From assembly GCA_038087875.1 (NCBI GenBank), contig JAXLNO010000385.1, positions 1,178,001-1,242,000 of the forward strand: a stretch of 64,000 bases of DNA, given 5' to 3'. Below are positions 34,143 through 47,679 of the stretch, piece after piece (the first letter of the stretch is position 1; every line of letters starts with the position of its first letter). Below the pieces are notes generated by a model that was not told the origin of the DNA, searched no databases, and saw only the letters and a program-made list of their open reading frames with translations. The translations under genes were made by a program, and so were the position numbers. The stretch is from Malacoraja senta (lineage: Eukaryota).

Positions 34143-34861
34143 AGAAAAACTGTTTATGGAAAAACAGGGTGGGTATAATTTGAGAGGGGAAAATAATTTT
34201 AAAAAACTCAATGTCAGAACAACTCTTAAAATTATGTGCATAGCAATCTGTGGGGTGAATTTGTGGAATGGTCTGGAACAGGAGATAAAGCTTAGCCCAA
34301 ACATAATACAGTTTAAAAAGATGTACAAAAACACTTTATTTGAAGGATATTGGGATGAGGATAGGTGATGGTGAGTGGGATATTTGTTATACTGATTGTA
34401 TCGGGAAGGGTGATTATAGGGTGGGTTGACTAAGGGGTACTGTATAGTATATGAGGGTTATGGGTTGTATATATGACTGAGGGATACTGTGTAGTATATG
34501 AGGGTTTTTACTTTTCTTTTTTCTTTTTTCTCTCTTACTTTGTATGGCTTTGTAAATATTTGATTAGTGTATAAATGTAAATAATGTGGTGTACATATAG
34601 CTGCTGGTGTACATATGGTGTACATATAGCTGTTAAATGTGTATAAGATAATTATAAGCAGTTGAATAAGGGGGTGGGAATTAATAAGCTTTGGCTTCTT
34701 CCTGCTACTTTTCGGACACATACGATTTCATTTATTTATAGATATTGTTTATGGCACTATAAATATTCTTGTTTTGTTTTTTTGTATGCTGTTTCACACT
34801 TGCTTTTTATTCTTTTATTCTGTTCGAAATAAAGAATAAAATAAAATAAAAATAAAATAAA
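34143..34861 (+). mobile_element. LINE 3' fragment (L2/Crack-like ORF2 C-terminus, 3' UTR and (AAAAT)n tail)
   Basis: YNLRG...RTTLK...GVNLWNGL...IIQFKKMYK, then an AT-rich UTR ending AAATAAAGAATAAAATAAAATAAAAATAAAATAA. Clade assignment is from recall. Confidence 0.7.
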
Positions 34862-37800
34862 CTCTCTCGACTCGAACTCGAACTCTATCTCGATCTCGAA
34901 CTCTCTCTCGAACTTTCTCTCGAACTCGAACTCGATCTCGAACTCGCACTCTATCTCGAACTCTCTCTCGAACTTTCTCTCGAACTCGCACTCTATCTCG
35001 AACTCGAATTCGAACTCGAACTCGAACTCGAATACGAGCTCGAACTCTATCTCGAACTCGAGTTGGAGTTCGACTTGCTGGCGGACCAGCAAAGCAAATA
35101 CCTTGTTTGTGAATACTTGGCCAATAAATGTATTAATTCATTCATTCATTCATTCAGTCATTCATTCATTCATTCATTCATTCAACTCGAACTCTATCTC
35201 GAACTCGATCTCGATCTCGAACTCGAATTAGAACTCGAACTGTATCGTGAACTCCAACTATCGCGACATAAAAATCTATCTCGAACTCGAACTCTATCGC
35301 GAACTCGATCTCGAACTTGAACTGTTTCTTGAACTCGAACTCCAGCTCGAACTCGAACTATCTCGAATTCCAACTCCAACATCGACCTTGAACTCGAACT
35401 CTATCTCGAACTCGAACTCGAACTCTATCACAAACTCTATCTCTAACGAACTCGAACTCGAAATCGAACTCGAACACGGATTAGAACTCGAACTCGAACT
35501 CGTACCTAATCTCGAACTCGAGTTGGAGTTCGACTTGCTAGCGGAGCACCAAGGCAAATTCTTTGTATGTGAATACTTGGCCAATAAATGTATTTATTCA
35601 TTCATTCATTCATTCATTCATTCATTCATTCATTCATTCATTCATTCATTCATTCTTTTATTCATTCATTCATTCATTCATTCATTCAACTCGAACTGGA
35701 ACTCGAACTATCTCGGACTCGAATTCGAACTCCTATATCTCGAACTCGAACTCTATCTCGACCTCGAAATCTACCTCGAACACTCTCTCGAACTCGAACT
35801 CGATCTGGAACTCGAACTCGAACTATATATCGAAATCTCTGTCGAACACAAACTCTACCTCGAACACCATCTCGACCTCGAACTCTATTTCAAACTCGAG
35901 TTGGAGTTCGACTAGCGGGCGGAGCACCAAGGCAAATTCCTTGTATGTGAAGACTTGGCCAATCAATTCATTCATTCATCAATTCGTTCATTCATTCATT
36001 CAACTCGAAATCGAAAGAACTAGAACTCGAACTCTATCTCGAACTCGAATTCGAACTCTAACTGTATCTCGAACTCTATCTCGAACTATCTCTCTCGAAC
36101 CAGAACTCGATCTCGAACTGGAAGTCGAACTATATCTGGAACGTGTACTCTATCGAACTCCAACTCCGATTCCAACTCGAACTTGGACTCGAACTATATC
36201 ACGAACTCGCACTCGAACTCGAAGTCGAACGTACTCGAACTCGAACTCGTACTCGAACTCGTACTCGAACTCGAACTATATCTCGAGCTCGAACTCTATC
36301 TCGAACTCGATCTATCTCGAACGCGAACACTACCTCGAACTCCAACTCCAATTCCAACTCGAACTTGAACTCGAACTATCTCGAACTCTTTCAGGAACTC
36401 TATCTCGACCTCGAACACTATCTCGAACTCTAACTCGCTCGAACTATATGTCGAAATCACTCCCGAACTCGAACTCCAACTCTATCTCGAACTCGACTTC
36501 GAATTCGAACTCTATCTCGAACTCGATGTCGAACTCGAAATTGAATTCGAACTCGAACTCGAACTCGAATTCGAACTCTAACTCTTTCTCGAACTCGAAT
36601 TCGAACTCTATCTCGAACTCGAACTCTATCTCGAACTCGAAGTCTCCCTCGAACTCGAACTCGAACTCACTCGAACTCGAACTCCAACTCCAACTCCAAC
36701 TCCAACTCGAAATTTAACTCGAACTCTTTCACGAACTCTATCTCGAACTCGAATTCGAAATGGAACTATATCGAACTGTAACTCTTATCTCGAACTCGAT
36801 CTCTATCACGAACTCTCAATCGAACGCGAACTCGATCTCGAACTCGAACTGGAACTCGAACTAGAATTCGATCTCAATGAACTCGAACTCGTACTCTATC
36901 TCGAACTGGAACTCTATCTCGAACTCGAATTCTTATCTTGAACTCGAACTCTATCTCGAAATCTCTCTCTCTCTCGAACTCTACCTCGAACTCTATCTCC
37001 AATTATCTCGAACGCGAACTCGATCTTGAACTCGAACTCGAAATCTATCTTGAACTCGAACTCGAACTCTATCTTGAACTGGAACTCTATCTCTGCCTAA
37101 AACTCGAATTCGAACTCTATATATCTCGACCTCGAACGCTATCTCGAACTCGAAATCTAACTCGAACTCGAACTCCTACTGGAACTCGAAATCTATCTCG
37201 AATTCGATCTCGAACTCGAGTTCGAGTTACGGGCGGAGCACCAAGGCAAATTCCTTGTATGTGAATACATGCCCAATAAACGTATTCATTCATTCATTCA
37301 TTTAACTCGAACTCGAGCTCGAACGAACTCGAACTATCTCGAACTCGAATTCGAACTGTATATATCTCGACCTCGAAATCTATCTCGAACTCGAAATCTA
37401 TATCGAACTCGAATTCGAACTGGAGCTCGAAATCTATCTCGAACTCGAACTCGAATTCGATCTAGAACTCGAGTTGGAGTTCGAGTTACGGGCGGAGCAC
37501 CAAGGAAAATTCCTTGTATGTGAATATTGGCCAATAAACGTATTTTTCATTCATTCATTTAACTCGAGCTCGAGCTCGAGCTCGAACTTGAACTCGAACT
37601 CGAACTCTATCTCGAACTCGAACTATCTCGAACTCGAACTCTATCTCGAACTCCAACTCCAACTCCAACTTCAACTAGAACTCGAACTCGATCACGAACT
37701 CTATCTCGAACTCGAACTCGCTCTCGAACTCGCACTCGAACTCGTACTCTCTCGGATCGCAAAATCGAGTTGGAGTTCGACTTGCGGGCGGAGCACCAAG

Positions 37801-40434
37801 GCAAACACCTAGTATGTGAATACTTGGCCAATAAAATTATTCATTCATTCATTCATACATTCATTTAAGCTCAAACTTGAACTCGAACTCCAACTCTATC
37901 ACGAACTCTATCTCCATCTCCATCTCGAACTCGATCTCAAACTCGAGCTCGAGTTCGACTTGCGGGCGGAACTCCAAGGCAATTTCCTTGTATGTGAATA
38001 CATGTCCGATAAACAATCAAACGAACTCGAACTCGAACTCGAACTCTTCTCTCGAACTATATCTCGAACTGTCTCTCGAACTCGAACTCCAACTCGAACT
38101 ATCCCGAAATTTCTCGAACGCGAACTCGATCTCGAACTCGAACTCGAACTCTATCTTGAACTCGAACTCTATCTCCAGCTAAAACTCGAATTCGAACTAA
38201 ATATCTCGGCCTCGAACTCTATCTGGAACTCGAAGTCTATCTCGAACCCGAACTAGAAATCGATCTCGAACTCGAGTTGGAGTTCGAGCTCCCGGCGGAG
38301 CACCAAGGCAAATTCCGTGTATGTGAATACTTGGCCTATAAACGTATTCATTCATTCATACATTCATTTAACTCGAACTCGAGCTCGAACTTGAACTCGA
38401 ACTCGAACTCTATCTCGAACTCTATCTCGAACTCGAACTCCAACTCGAACTCCAACTCCAACTTGAACTCGAACTCTATCTCGAACTCTCTCTCTAACCA
38501 AAACTCGAACGTACTCTATCTCGAACTCGAACTATCTCGAACTCGAATTCGAAATATCTCGAAATCTTTCTCGAACTTGAACTCTATCTCGAACTCTATC
38601 TCGATCTATCTCAAACGCGAATACGATCTCAAACTAGATCTGGATCTCGAACTCGAACTTTATCTTGAATTCGATCTCAAAATTTATCTTGAACTCGAAC
38701 TCTATCTCTAGCTAAAACTGGAATTCGAATTTGAACTATCCCGACCTCGAACTTTATCTCGAACTCGAAATCTATCTCGAACTCGAACTCGAAATCTATC
38801 TCGAACTCGAACTCGAATTCGATCTCGATATCGAGTTGGATTTCGACTTACGGGCGGAGCACCAAGGCAAATTCCTTGTTTGTGAATACTAGGCCAATAA
38901 ACTAATTCATTCATTCATTCATTCATTCCTTCAACTCTAACTCTCTCTCGAACTAAAACTCGAACTCGTACTATCTCGAACTCGAACTCTATCTCGAACT
39001 CGAACTATCTCGAACTCGAACTCTATCTCGAACTCGAAATTTATCTCGAAATATATCTCTCTCTCCCTCTATCTCGAACTCTATCTCGAACTATCTCGAA
39101 CGCGAACTCGATCTCGAACTCAAACTCGAACTCTATCTTGAACTCGAACTCTATCTGGAACTTGCTCTCGAACTCGAACTCGATCTCGATCTCAACTCGA
39201 TCTCGAACTATCTCGAACTCGAACTCTATCTCGAACTCGAACTATCTCGAACTCGAACTCTATCTCGAACTCGAAATTTATCTCGAAATCTATCTCTCTC
39301 TCCCTCGATCTCGAACTCGACCTCGATCTCTATCTCGATCTCGAACCCTATCTCGAACTCGAACTATCTAGAACTCGAGTTCGGGTTCGACTTTCGGGCG
39401 GAGCTCCAAGGCAACAATCTTGGCCAATAAACTTGGTGAATACTTAGTCAATAAATTTATACATTCTTTCATTCATTCAACTCGAACTCGAGCTCGAACG
39501 AACGAACTCGAATTCTATCTCGAACTCTAACTCGAATTCGAACTCGAACTATATATCTCTCTCTCTCTCTAACTAAAACTCGAACTCGTAGTTTATCTCG
39601 AACTTGAACTCTTATCTCGAACTCGAACTCGAACTATCTCGAACGCTCTCTCGAACTCGATCTCGAACTATCTCGAATACGAACTCTATCTCGAACTCGT
39701 TCTCCATCTCGAACTCGAATTCGAACGAACTCGAACTCTATCTTGAACTCGAACTCTATCTCTAGCTCGAACTCTTTCTCGCTCGAACTCGAACTCAATC
39801 TCGAACTCGAACTCTATCTCGAACTCTAACTCTCTCTCGAACTCGAAATCTATCTCGAAATCTATCTCGAACTCTCTCTCGAACTCTATCTCGAACTCTC
39901 TCTCGATCTCGAACTCTCTCTCTAACTAAATCTCGAACTCGAACTCGTAGTCTATCTCGAACTCGAACTATCTCGAACTCGAACACTTATCTCGAACTCG
40001 AAATATCTCAAACTCTCTCTCGAACTTGAACTCTATCTCGAACTCTCTCTCGAACTATCTCGAACGCGAACTCGATCTCAAACTCGATCTCGATCTCGAA
40101 CTCGAACTTTAGTTTGAACTCGAACTCGAAAGCTATCTTGAACTCGAACTATTTCTAGCTAAAACTCGAATTCGAACTCGAACTCTATCTCGAACTATCT
40201 CGAACGCGAACTCGAACTCGAACTCGAACTATCTTGTATTCGAACTCTATATGGAACTCTCTCTCTAACTCGAACTCGATCTCGATCTCTATCTCGATCT
40301 CGAACTCTATCTCGAACTCAATCTCGAACTCGAACGCTATCTCGAACTGGAAATGTATCTCGAAATCTATCTCGAACTCTCTCTCGAACTCGATCTCGAT
40401 CTCTACCTCAATCTCGAACCCTATCTCGAACTCG

Positions 40435-41152
40435 AGAAAAACTGTTTATGGAAAAACAGGGTGGGTATAATTTGAGAGGGGAAAATAATTTTAAAAAACT
40501 CAATGTCAGAACAACTCTTAAAATTATGTGCATAGCAATCTGTGGGGTGAATTTGTGGAATGGTCTGGAACAGGAGATAAAGCTTAGCACAAACATAATA
40601 CAGTTTAAAAAGATGTACAAAAACACTTTATTTGAAGGATATTGGGATGAGGATAGGTGATGGTGAGTGGGATATTTGTTATACTGATTGTATCGGGAAG
40701 GGTGATTATAGGGTGGTTGACTAAGGGGTACTGTATAGTATATGAGGGTTATGGGTTGTATATATGACTGAGGGATACTGTGTAGTATATGAGGGTTTTT
40801 ACTTTTCTTTTTTCTTTTTTCTCTCTTATTTTGTATGGCTTTGTAAATATTTGATTAGTGTATAAATGTAAATAATTGGGTGTACATATAGCTGCTGGTG
40901 TACATATGGTGTACATATAGCTGCTAAACGTGTATAAGATAATTATAAGCAGTTGAATAAGGGGGTGGGAATTAATAAGCTTTGGCTTCTTCCTGCTACT
41001 TTTCGGACACATACGATTTCATTTATTTATAGATATTGTTTATGACACTATAAATATTCTTGTTTTGTTTTTTTGTATGCTGTTTCACACTTGCTTTTTA
41101 TTCTTTTATTCTGTTCGAAATAAAGAATAAAATAAAATAAAAATAAAATAAA
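40435..41152 (+). mobile_element. Duplicate of the 34143-34861 LINE fragment
   Basis: ORF 40448 differs from ORF 34156 by one residue and shares the same 5' truncation point and downstream flank. Confidence 0.75.
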
Positions 41153-44100
41153 CTCTCTCGACTCGAACTCGAACTCTATCTCGATCTCGAACTCTCTCTC
41201 GAACTTTCTCTCGAACTCGAACTCGATCTCGAACTCGCACTCTATCTCGAACTCTCTCTCGAACTTTCTCTCGAACTCGCACTCTATCTCGAACTCGAAT
41301 TCGAACTCGATCTCGAACTCGAATACGAGCTCGAACTCTATCTCGAACTCGAGTTGGAGTTCGACTTGCTGGCGGACCAGTAAAGCAAATACCTTGTTTG
41401 TGAATACTTGGCCAATAAATGTATTAATTCATTCATTCATTCATTCAGTCATTCATTCATTCATTCATTCATTCAACTCGAACTCTATCTCGAACTCGAT
41501 CTCGATCTCGAACTCGAATTAGAACTCGAACTGTATCGTGAACTCCAACTATCGCGACATAAAAATCTATCTCGAACTCGAACTCTATCGCGAACTCGAT
41601 CTCGAACTTGAACTGTTTCTTGAACTCGAACTCCAGCTCGAACTCGAACTATCTCGAACTCCAACTCCGACATCGAACTTGAACTCGAACTATATCTCGA
41701 ACTCGAACTCGAACTCTATCACAAACTCTATCTCTAACGAACTCGAACTCGAAATCGAACTCGAACACGGATTAGAACTCGAACTCGAACTCGTACCTAA
41801 TCTCGAACTCGAGTTGGAGTTCGACTTGCTAGCGGAGCACCAAGGCAAATTCCTTGTATGTGAATACTTGGGCAATAAATGTATTTATTCATTCATTCAT
41901 TCATTCATTCATTCATTCATTCATTCATTCTTTTATTCATTCATTCATTCATTCATTCATTCAACTCGAACTGGAACTCGAACTATCTCGGACTCGAATT
42001 CGAACTCCTATATCTCGAACTCGAACTCTATCTCGAACTCGAAATCTACCTCGAACACTCTCTCGAACTCGAACTCGATCTGGAACTCGATCTCGAACTA
42101 TATATCGAAATCTCTGTCGAACACAAACTCTACCTCGAACACCATCTCGACCTCGAACTCTATTTCAAACTCGAGTTGGATTTCGACTAGCGGGCAGAGC
42201 ACCAAGGCAAATTCCTTGTATGTGAAGACTTGGCCAATCAATTCATTCATTCATCAATTCGTTCATTCATTCATTCAACTCGAAATCGAAAGAACTAGAA
42301 CTCGAACTCTATCTCGAACTCGAATTCGAACTCTAACTGTATCTTGAACTCTATCTCGAACTATCTCTCTCGAACCAGAACTCGATCTCGAACTCGATCT
42401 CGAACTCGTCCTTGAACTCGAAGTCGAACTATATCTCGAACTTGTACTCTATCGAACTCCAACTCCGATTCCAACTCGAACTTGGACTCGAACTATATCA
42501 CGAACTCGCACTCGAAATCGAAGTCGAACGTACTCGAACTCGAACTCGTACTCGAACTCGTACTCGAACTCGAACTATATCTCGAGCTCGAACTCTATCT
42601 CGAACTCGATCTATCTCGAACGCGAACACTACCTCGAACTCCAACTCCAATTCCAACTCGAACTTGAACTCGAACTATCTCGAACTCTTTCAGGAACTCT
42701 ATCTCGACCTCGAACACTATCTCGAACTCTAACTCGCTCGAACTATATGTCGAAATCACTCCCGAACTCGAACTCCAACTCTATCTCGAACTCGACTTCG
42801 AATTCGAACTCTATCTCGAACTCGATGTCGAACTCGAAATTGAATTCGAACTCGAACTCGAACTCGAATTCGAACTCTAACTCTTTCTCGAACTTGAATT
42901 CGAACTCTATCTCGTACTCGAACTCTATCTCGAACTCGAACTCTCCCTCGAACTCGAACTCGAACTCACTCGAACTCGAACTCCAACTCGAACTCCAACT
43001 CCAACTCGAAATTGAACTCGAATTCTTTCACGAACTCTATCTCGAACTCGAATTCGAAATGGAACTATATCGAACTGTAACTCTTATCTCGAACTCGATC
43101 TCTATCACGAACTCTCAATCGAACGCGAACTCGATCTCGAACTCGAACTGGAACTCGAACTAGAATTCGATCTCAATGAACTCGAACTCGTACTCTATCT
43201 CGAACTGGAACTCTATCTCGAACTCGAATTCTTATCTTGAACTCGAACTCTATCTCGAAATCTCTCTCTCTCTCGAACTCTACCTCGAACTCTATCTCCA
43301 ATTATCTCGAACGCGAACTCGATCTTGAACTCGAACTCGAAATCTATCTTGAACTCGAACTCGAACTCTATCTTGAACTGGAACTCTATCTCTGCCTAAA
43401 ACTCGAATTCGAACTCTATGTATCTCGACCTCGAACGCTATCTCGAACTCGAAATCTAACTCGAACTCGAACTCCTACTGGAACTCGAAATCTATCTCGA
43501 ATTCGATCTCGAACTCGAGTTCGAGTTACGGGCGGAGCACCAAGGCAAATTCCTTGTATGTGAATACATGCCCAATAAACGTATTCATTCATTCATTCTT
43601 TTAACTCGAACTCGAGCTCGAACGAACTCGAACTATCTCGAACTCGAATTCGAACTGTATATATCTCGACCTCGAAATCTATCTCGAACTCGAAATCTAT
43701 ATCGAACTCGAATTCGAACTGGAGCTCGAAATCTATCTCGAACTCGAACTCGAATTCGATCTAGAACTCGAGTTGGAGTTCGAGTTACGGGCGGAGCACC
43801 AAGGAAAATTCCTTGTATGTGAATATTGGCCAATAAACGTATTTTTCATTCATTCATTTAACTCGAGCTCGAGCTCGAGCTCGAACTTGAACTCGAACTC
43901 GAACTCTATCTGGAACTCGAACTATCTCGAACTCGAACTCTATCTCGAACTCCAACTCCAACTCCAACTTCAACTAGAACTCGAACTCGATCACGAACTC
44001 TATCTCGAACTCGAACTCGCTCTCGAACTCGCACTCGAACTCGTACTCTCTCGGATCACAAAATCGAGTTGGAGTTCGACTTGCGGGCGGAGCACCAAGG

Positions 44101-47100
44101 CAAACACCTAGTATGTGAATACTTGCCCAATAGAATTATTCATTCATTCATTCATACATTCATTTAAGCTCAAACTTGAACTCGAACTCCAACTCTATCA
44201 CGAACTCTATCTCCATCTCCATCTCGAACTCGATCTCAAACTCGAGCTCGAGTTCGACTTGCGGGCGGAACTCCAAGGCAAATTCCTTGTATGTGAATAC
44301 ATGTCCGATAAACAATCAAACGAACTCGAACTCGAACTCGAACTCTTCTCTCGAACTATATCTCGAACTGTCTCTCGAACTCGAACTCCAACTCGAACTA
44401 TCCCGAAATTTCTCGAACGCGAACTCGATCTCGAACTCGAACTCGAACTCTATCTTGAACTCGAACTCTATCTCCAGCTAAAACTCGAATTCGAACTAAA
44501 TATCTCGGCCTCGAACTCTATCTGGAACTCGAAGTCTATCTCGAACCCGAACTAGAAATCGATCTCGAACTCGAGTTGGAGTTCGAGCTCCCGGCGGAGC
44601 ACCAAGGCAAATTCCGTGTATGTGAATACTTGGCCAATAAACGTATTAATTCATTCATACATTCATTTAACTCGAACTCGAGTTCGAACTTGAACTCGAA
44701 CTCGAACTCTATCTGGAACTCTATCTCGAACTCGAACTCCAACTCGAACTCCAACTCCAACTTGAACTCGAACTCTATCTCGAACTCTCTCTCTAACCAC
44801 AACTCGAACGTACTCTATCTCGAACTCGAACTATCTCGAACTCGAATTCGAAATATCTCGAAATCTTTCTCGAACTTGAACTCTATCTCGAACTCTATCT
44901 CGAACTATCTCAAACGCGAATACGATCTCAAACTAGATCTGGATCTCGAACTCGAACTTTATCTTGAATTCGATCTCAAAATTTATCTTGAACTCGAACT
45001 CTATCTCTAGCTAAAACTGGAATTCGAATTTGAACTATCCCGACCTCGAACTTTATCTCGAACTCGAAATCTATCTCGAACTCGAACTCGAAATCTATCT
45101 CGAACTCGAACTCGAATTCGATCTCGATATCGAGTTGGATTTCGACTTACGGGCGGAGCACCAAGGCAAATTCCTTGTTTGTGAATACTAGGCCAATAAA
45201 CTAATTCATTCATTCATTCATTCATTCCTTCAACTCTAACTCTCTCTCGAACTAAAACTCGAACTCGTACTATCTCGAACTCGAACTCTATCTCGAACTC
45301 GAACTATCTCGAACTCGAACTCTATCTCGAACTCGAAATTTATCTCGAAATATATCTCTCTCTCTCTCCCTCTATCTCGAACTCTATCTCGAACTATCTC
45401 GAACGCGAACTCGATCTCGAACTCAAACTCGAACTCTATCTTGAACTCGAACTCTATCTGGAACTTGCTCTCGAACTCGAACTCGATCTCGATCTCAACT
45501 CGATCTCGAACTATCTCGAACTCGAACTCTATCTCGAACTCGAACTATCTCGAACTCGAACTCTATCTCGAACTCGAAATTTATCTCGAAATCTATCTCT
45601 CTCTCCCTCGATCTCGAACTCGACCTCGATCTCTATCTCGATCTCGAACCCTATCTCGAACTCGAACTATCTAGAACTCGAGTTCGGGTTCGACTTTCGG
45701 GCGGAGCTCCAAGGCAACAATCTTGGCCAATAAACTTGGTGAATACTTAGTCAATAAATTTATACATTCTTTCATTCATTCAACTCGAACTCGAGCTCGA
45801 ACGAACGAACTCGAATTCTATCTCGAACTCTAACTCGAATTCGAACTCGAACTATATATCTCTCTCTATCTCTAACTAAAACTCGAACTCGAACTCGTAG
45901 TTTATCTCGAACTTGAACTCTTATCTCGAACTGGAACTCGAACTATCTCGAACGCTCTCTCGAACTCGATCTCGAACTATCTCGAATACGAACTCTATCT
46001 CGAACTCGTTCTCCATCTCGAACTCGAATTCGAACGAACTCGAACTCTATCTTGAACTCGAACTCTATCTCTAGCTCGAACTCTTTCTCGCTCGAACTCG
46101 AACTCAATCTCGAACTCGAACTCTATCTCGAACTCTAACTCTCTCTCGAACTCGAAATCTATCTCGAAATCTATCTCGAACTCTCTCTCGAACTCTATCT
46201 CGAACTCTCTCTCTATCTCGAACTCTCTCTCTAACTAAATCTCGAACTCGAACTCGTAGTCTATCTCGAACTCGAACTATCTCGAACTCGAACACTTATC
46301 TCGAACTCGAAATATCTCAAACTCTCTCTCGAACTTGAACTCTATCTCGAACTCTCTCTCGAACTATCTCGAACGCGAACTCGATCTCAAACTCGATCTC
46401 GATCTCGAACTCGAACTTTAGTTTGAACTCGAACTCGAAAGCTATCTTGAACGAACTATTTCTAGCTAAAACTCGAATTCGAACTCGAACTCTATCTCGA
46501 ACTATCTCGAACGCGAACTCGAACTCGAACTCGAACTATCTTGTATTCGAACTCTATATGGAACTCTCTCTCTAACTCGAACTCGATCTCGATCTCTATC
46601 TCGATCTCGAACTCTATCTCGAACTCAATCTCGAACTCGAACGCTATCTCGAACTGGAAATTTATCTCGAAATCTATCTCGAACTCTCTCTCGAACTCGA
46701 TCTCGATCTCTACCTCAATCTCGAACCCTATCTCGAACTCGAACTATCGGGAACTCGAGTTCCGGTTCGACTTCCGGGCGGAGAACCAAGGCTTAAATCT
46801 TGCCCAATAAACTTGGTGAATACTTAGTCAATAAACTTACACATCCTTTCATTCATTCAACTCGAACTCGATCTCGAACGAACTCGAACTCGAATTCTAT
46901 CTCGAACTCGAACTCTTATTCTATCTCGAACTCGAACTCGAATTCGAACTCGAACTCTATCTCGATCTCTCTCTCTCTCTAACCAAAACTCGAACTCGTA
47001 CTCCATCTCTAACTCGAACTGTTAGCTCGAACTCGAACTATCTCGAACTCTCTCTCGAACTCGAACTCTATCTCGATCTATCTCGAACGCGAACTCGATC

Positions 47101-47679
47101 TAAAACTCGATCTCAAACTGGAACTCTATCTTGAACTCGAACTCTATCTTGAACTCGAACTCTATCTCTAGCTAAAACTCGAATTCAAACTCGAACTATC
47201 TCGACCTCGAACTCTATCTCGAACTCGAAATCTATCTCGAACTGGAACTCGAATTCGATCTCGAATTCGAGTTGGATTTCGACTTACGGGCGGAGAATTG
47301 AACTCGAACTCTTTCACGAACTCTATCTCGAATTCGAAAGCGAACTCGAACTCGAATTCTTTTTTTAAAAATATTTTAATTTTATTAGAAGTAAGTACAA
47401 CTGTATACAATTATATTTTCATAATACATGTTATGTACAGCTTCTTATTTTTTTATTATAGTATAGAAGAAAAATAAAAATAAATTAGATAATAAAGTAT
47501 AGAAAAACGTGAGATATATAGTGTGTGGAGAAGAAGAATAGAGAATGAAAGAAGAAAGTTAAAGAGTAGAAAATAGGAGAAAGAGAGTAAAAGAAAAAAG
47601 GAAGAAAAAGAAAAAAGAAGTAAGGAGATCTTATTTATAATCTTGACCATCCCTCGCCCAGTCACGAGACAGTTAGCTT

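Larger units (their letters stand above)
33956..47358 (+). repeat. Main (GAACTC)n/(TTCA)n core satellite array, containing a 6.3 kb tandem duplication
   Basis: About 23 cores (e.g. ~34030, 35070, 35530, 35910, 37225, 37485, 37780, 38290, 38845) separated by variable-length hexamer tracts. Confidence 0.93.

Noticed and set aside
37772..37795. CENP-B box in TTCGACTTGCGGG
   Set aside because: The CENP-B box needs TTCG-N4-A-N2-CGGG (7 nt spacing). The spacing here is 5 nt.
37783..37836. GC box (GGGCGG) plus CCAAT box as a promoter in each core
   Set aside because: The CCAAT overlaps AATAAA in a LINE-tail-like context and there is no downstream gene. It cannot be supported from sequence alone.
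33956..47358. CRISPR-like appearance (conserved repeat with variable spacers)
   Set aside because: Spacers are microsatellite of widely varying length, the context is vertebrate-type retroelements, and no cas genes are present.
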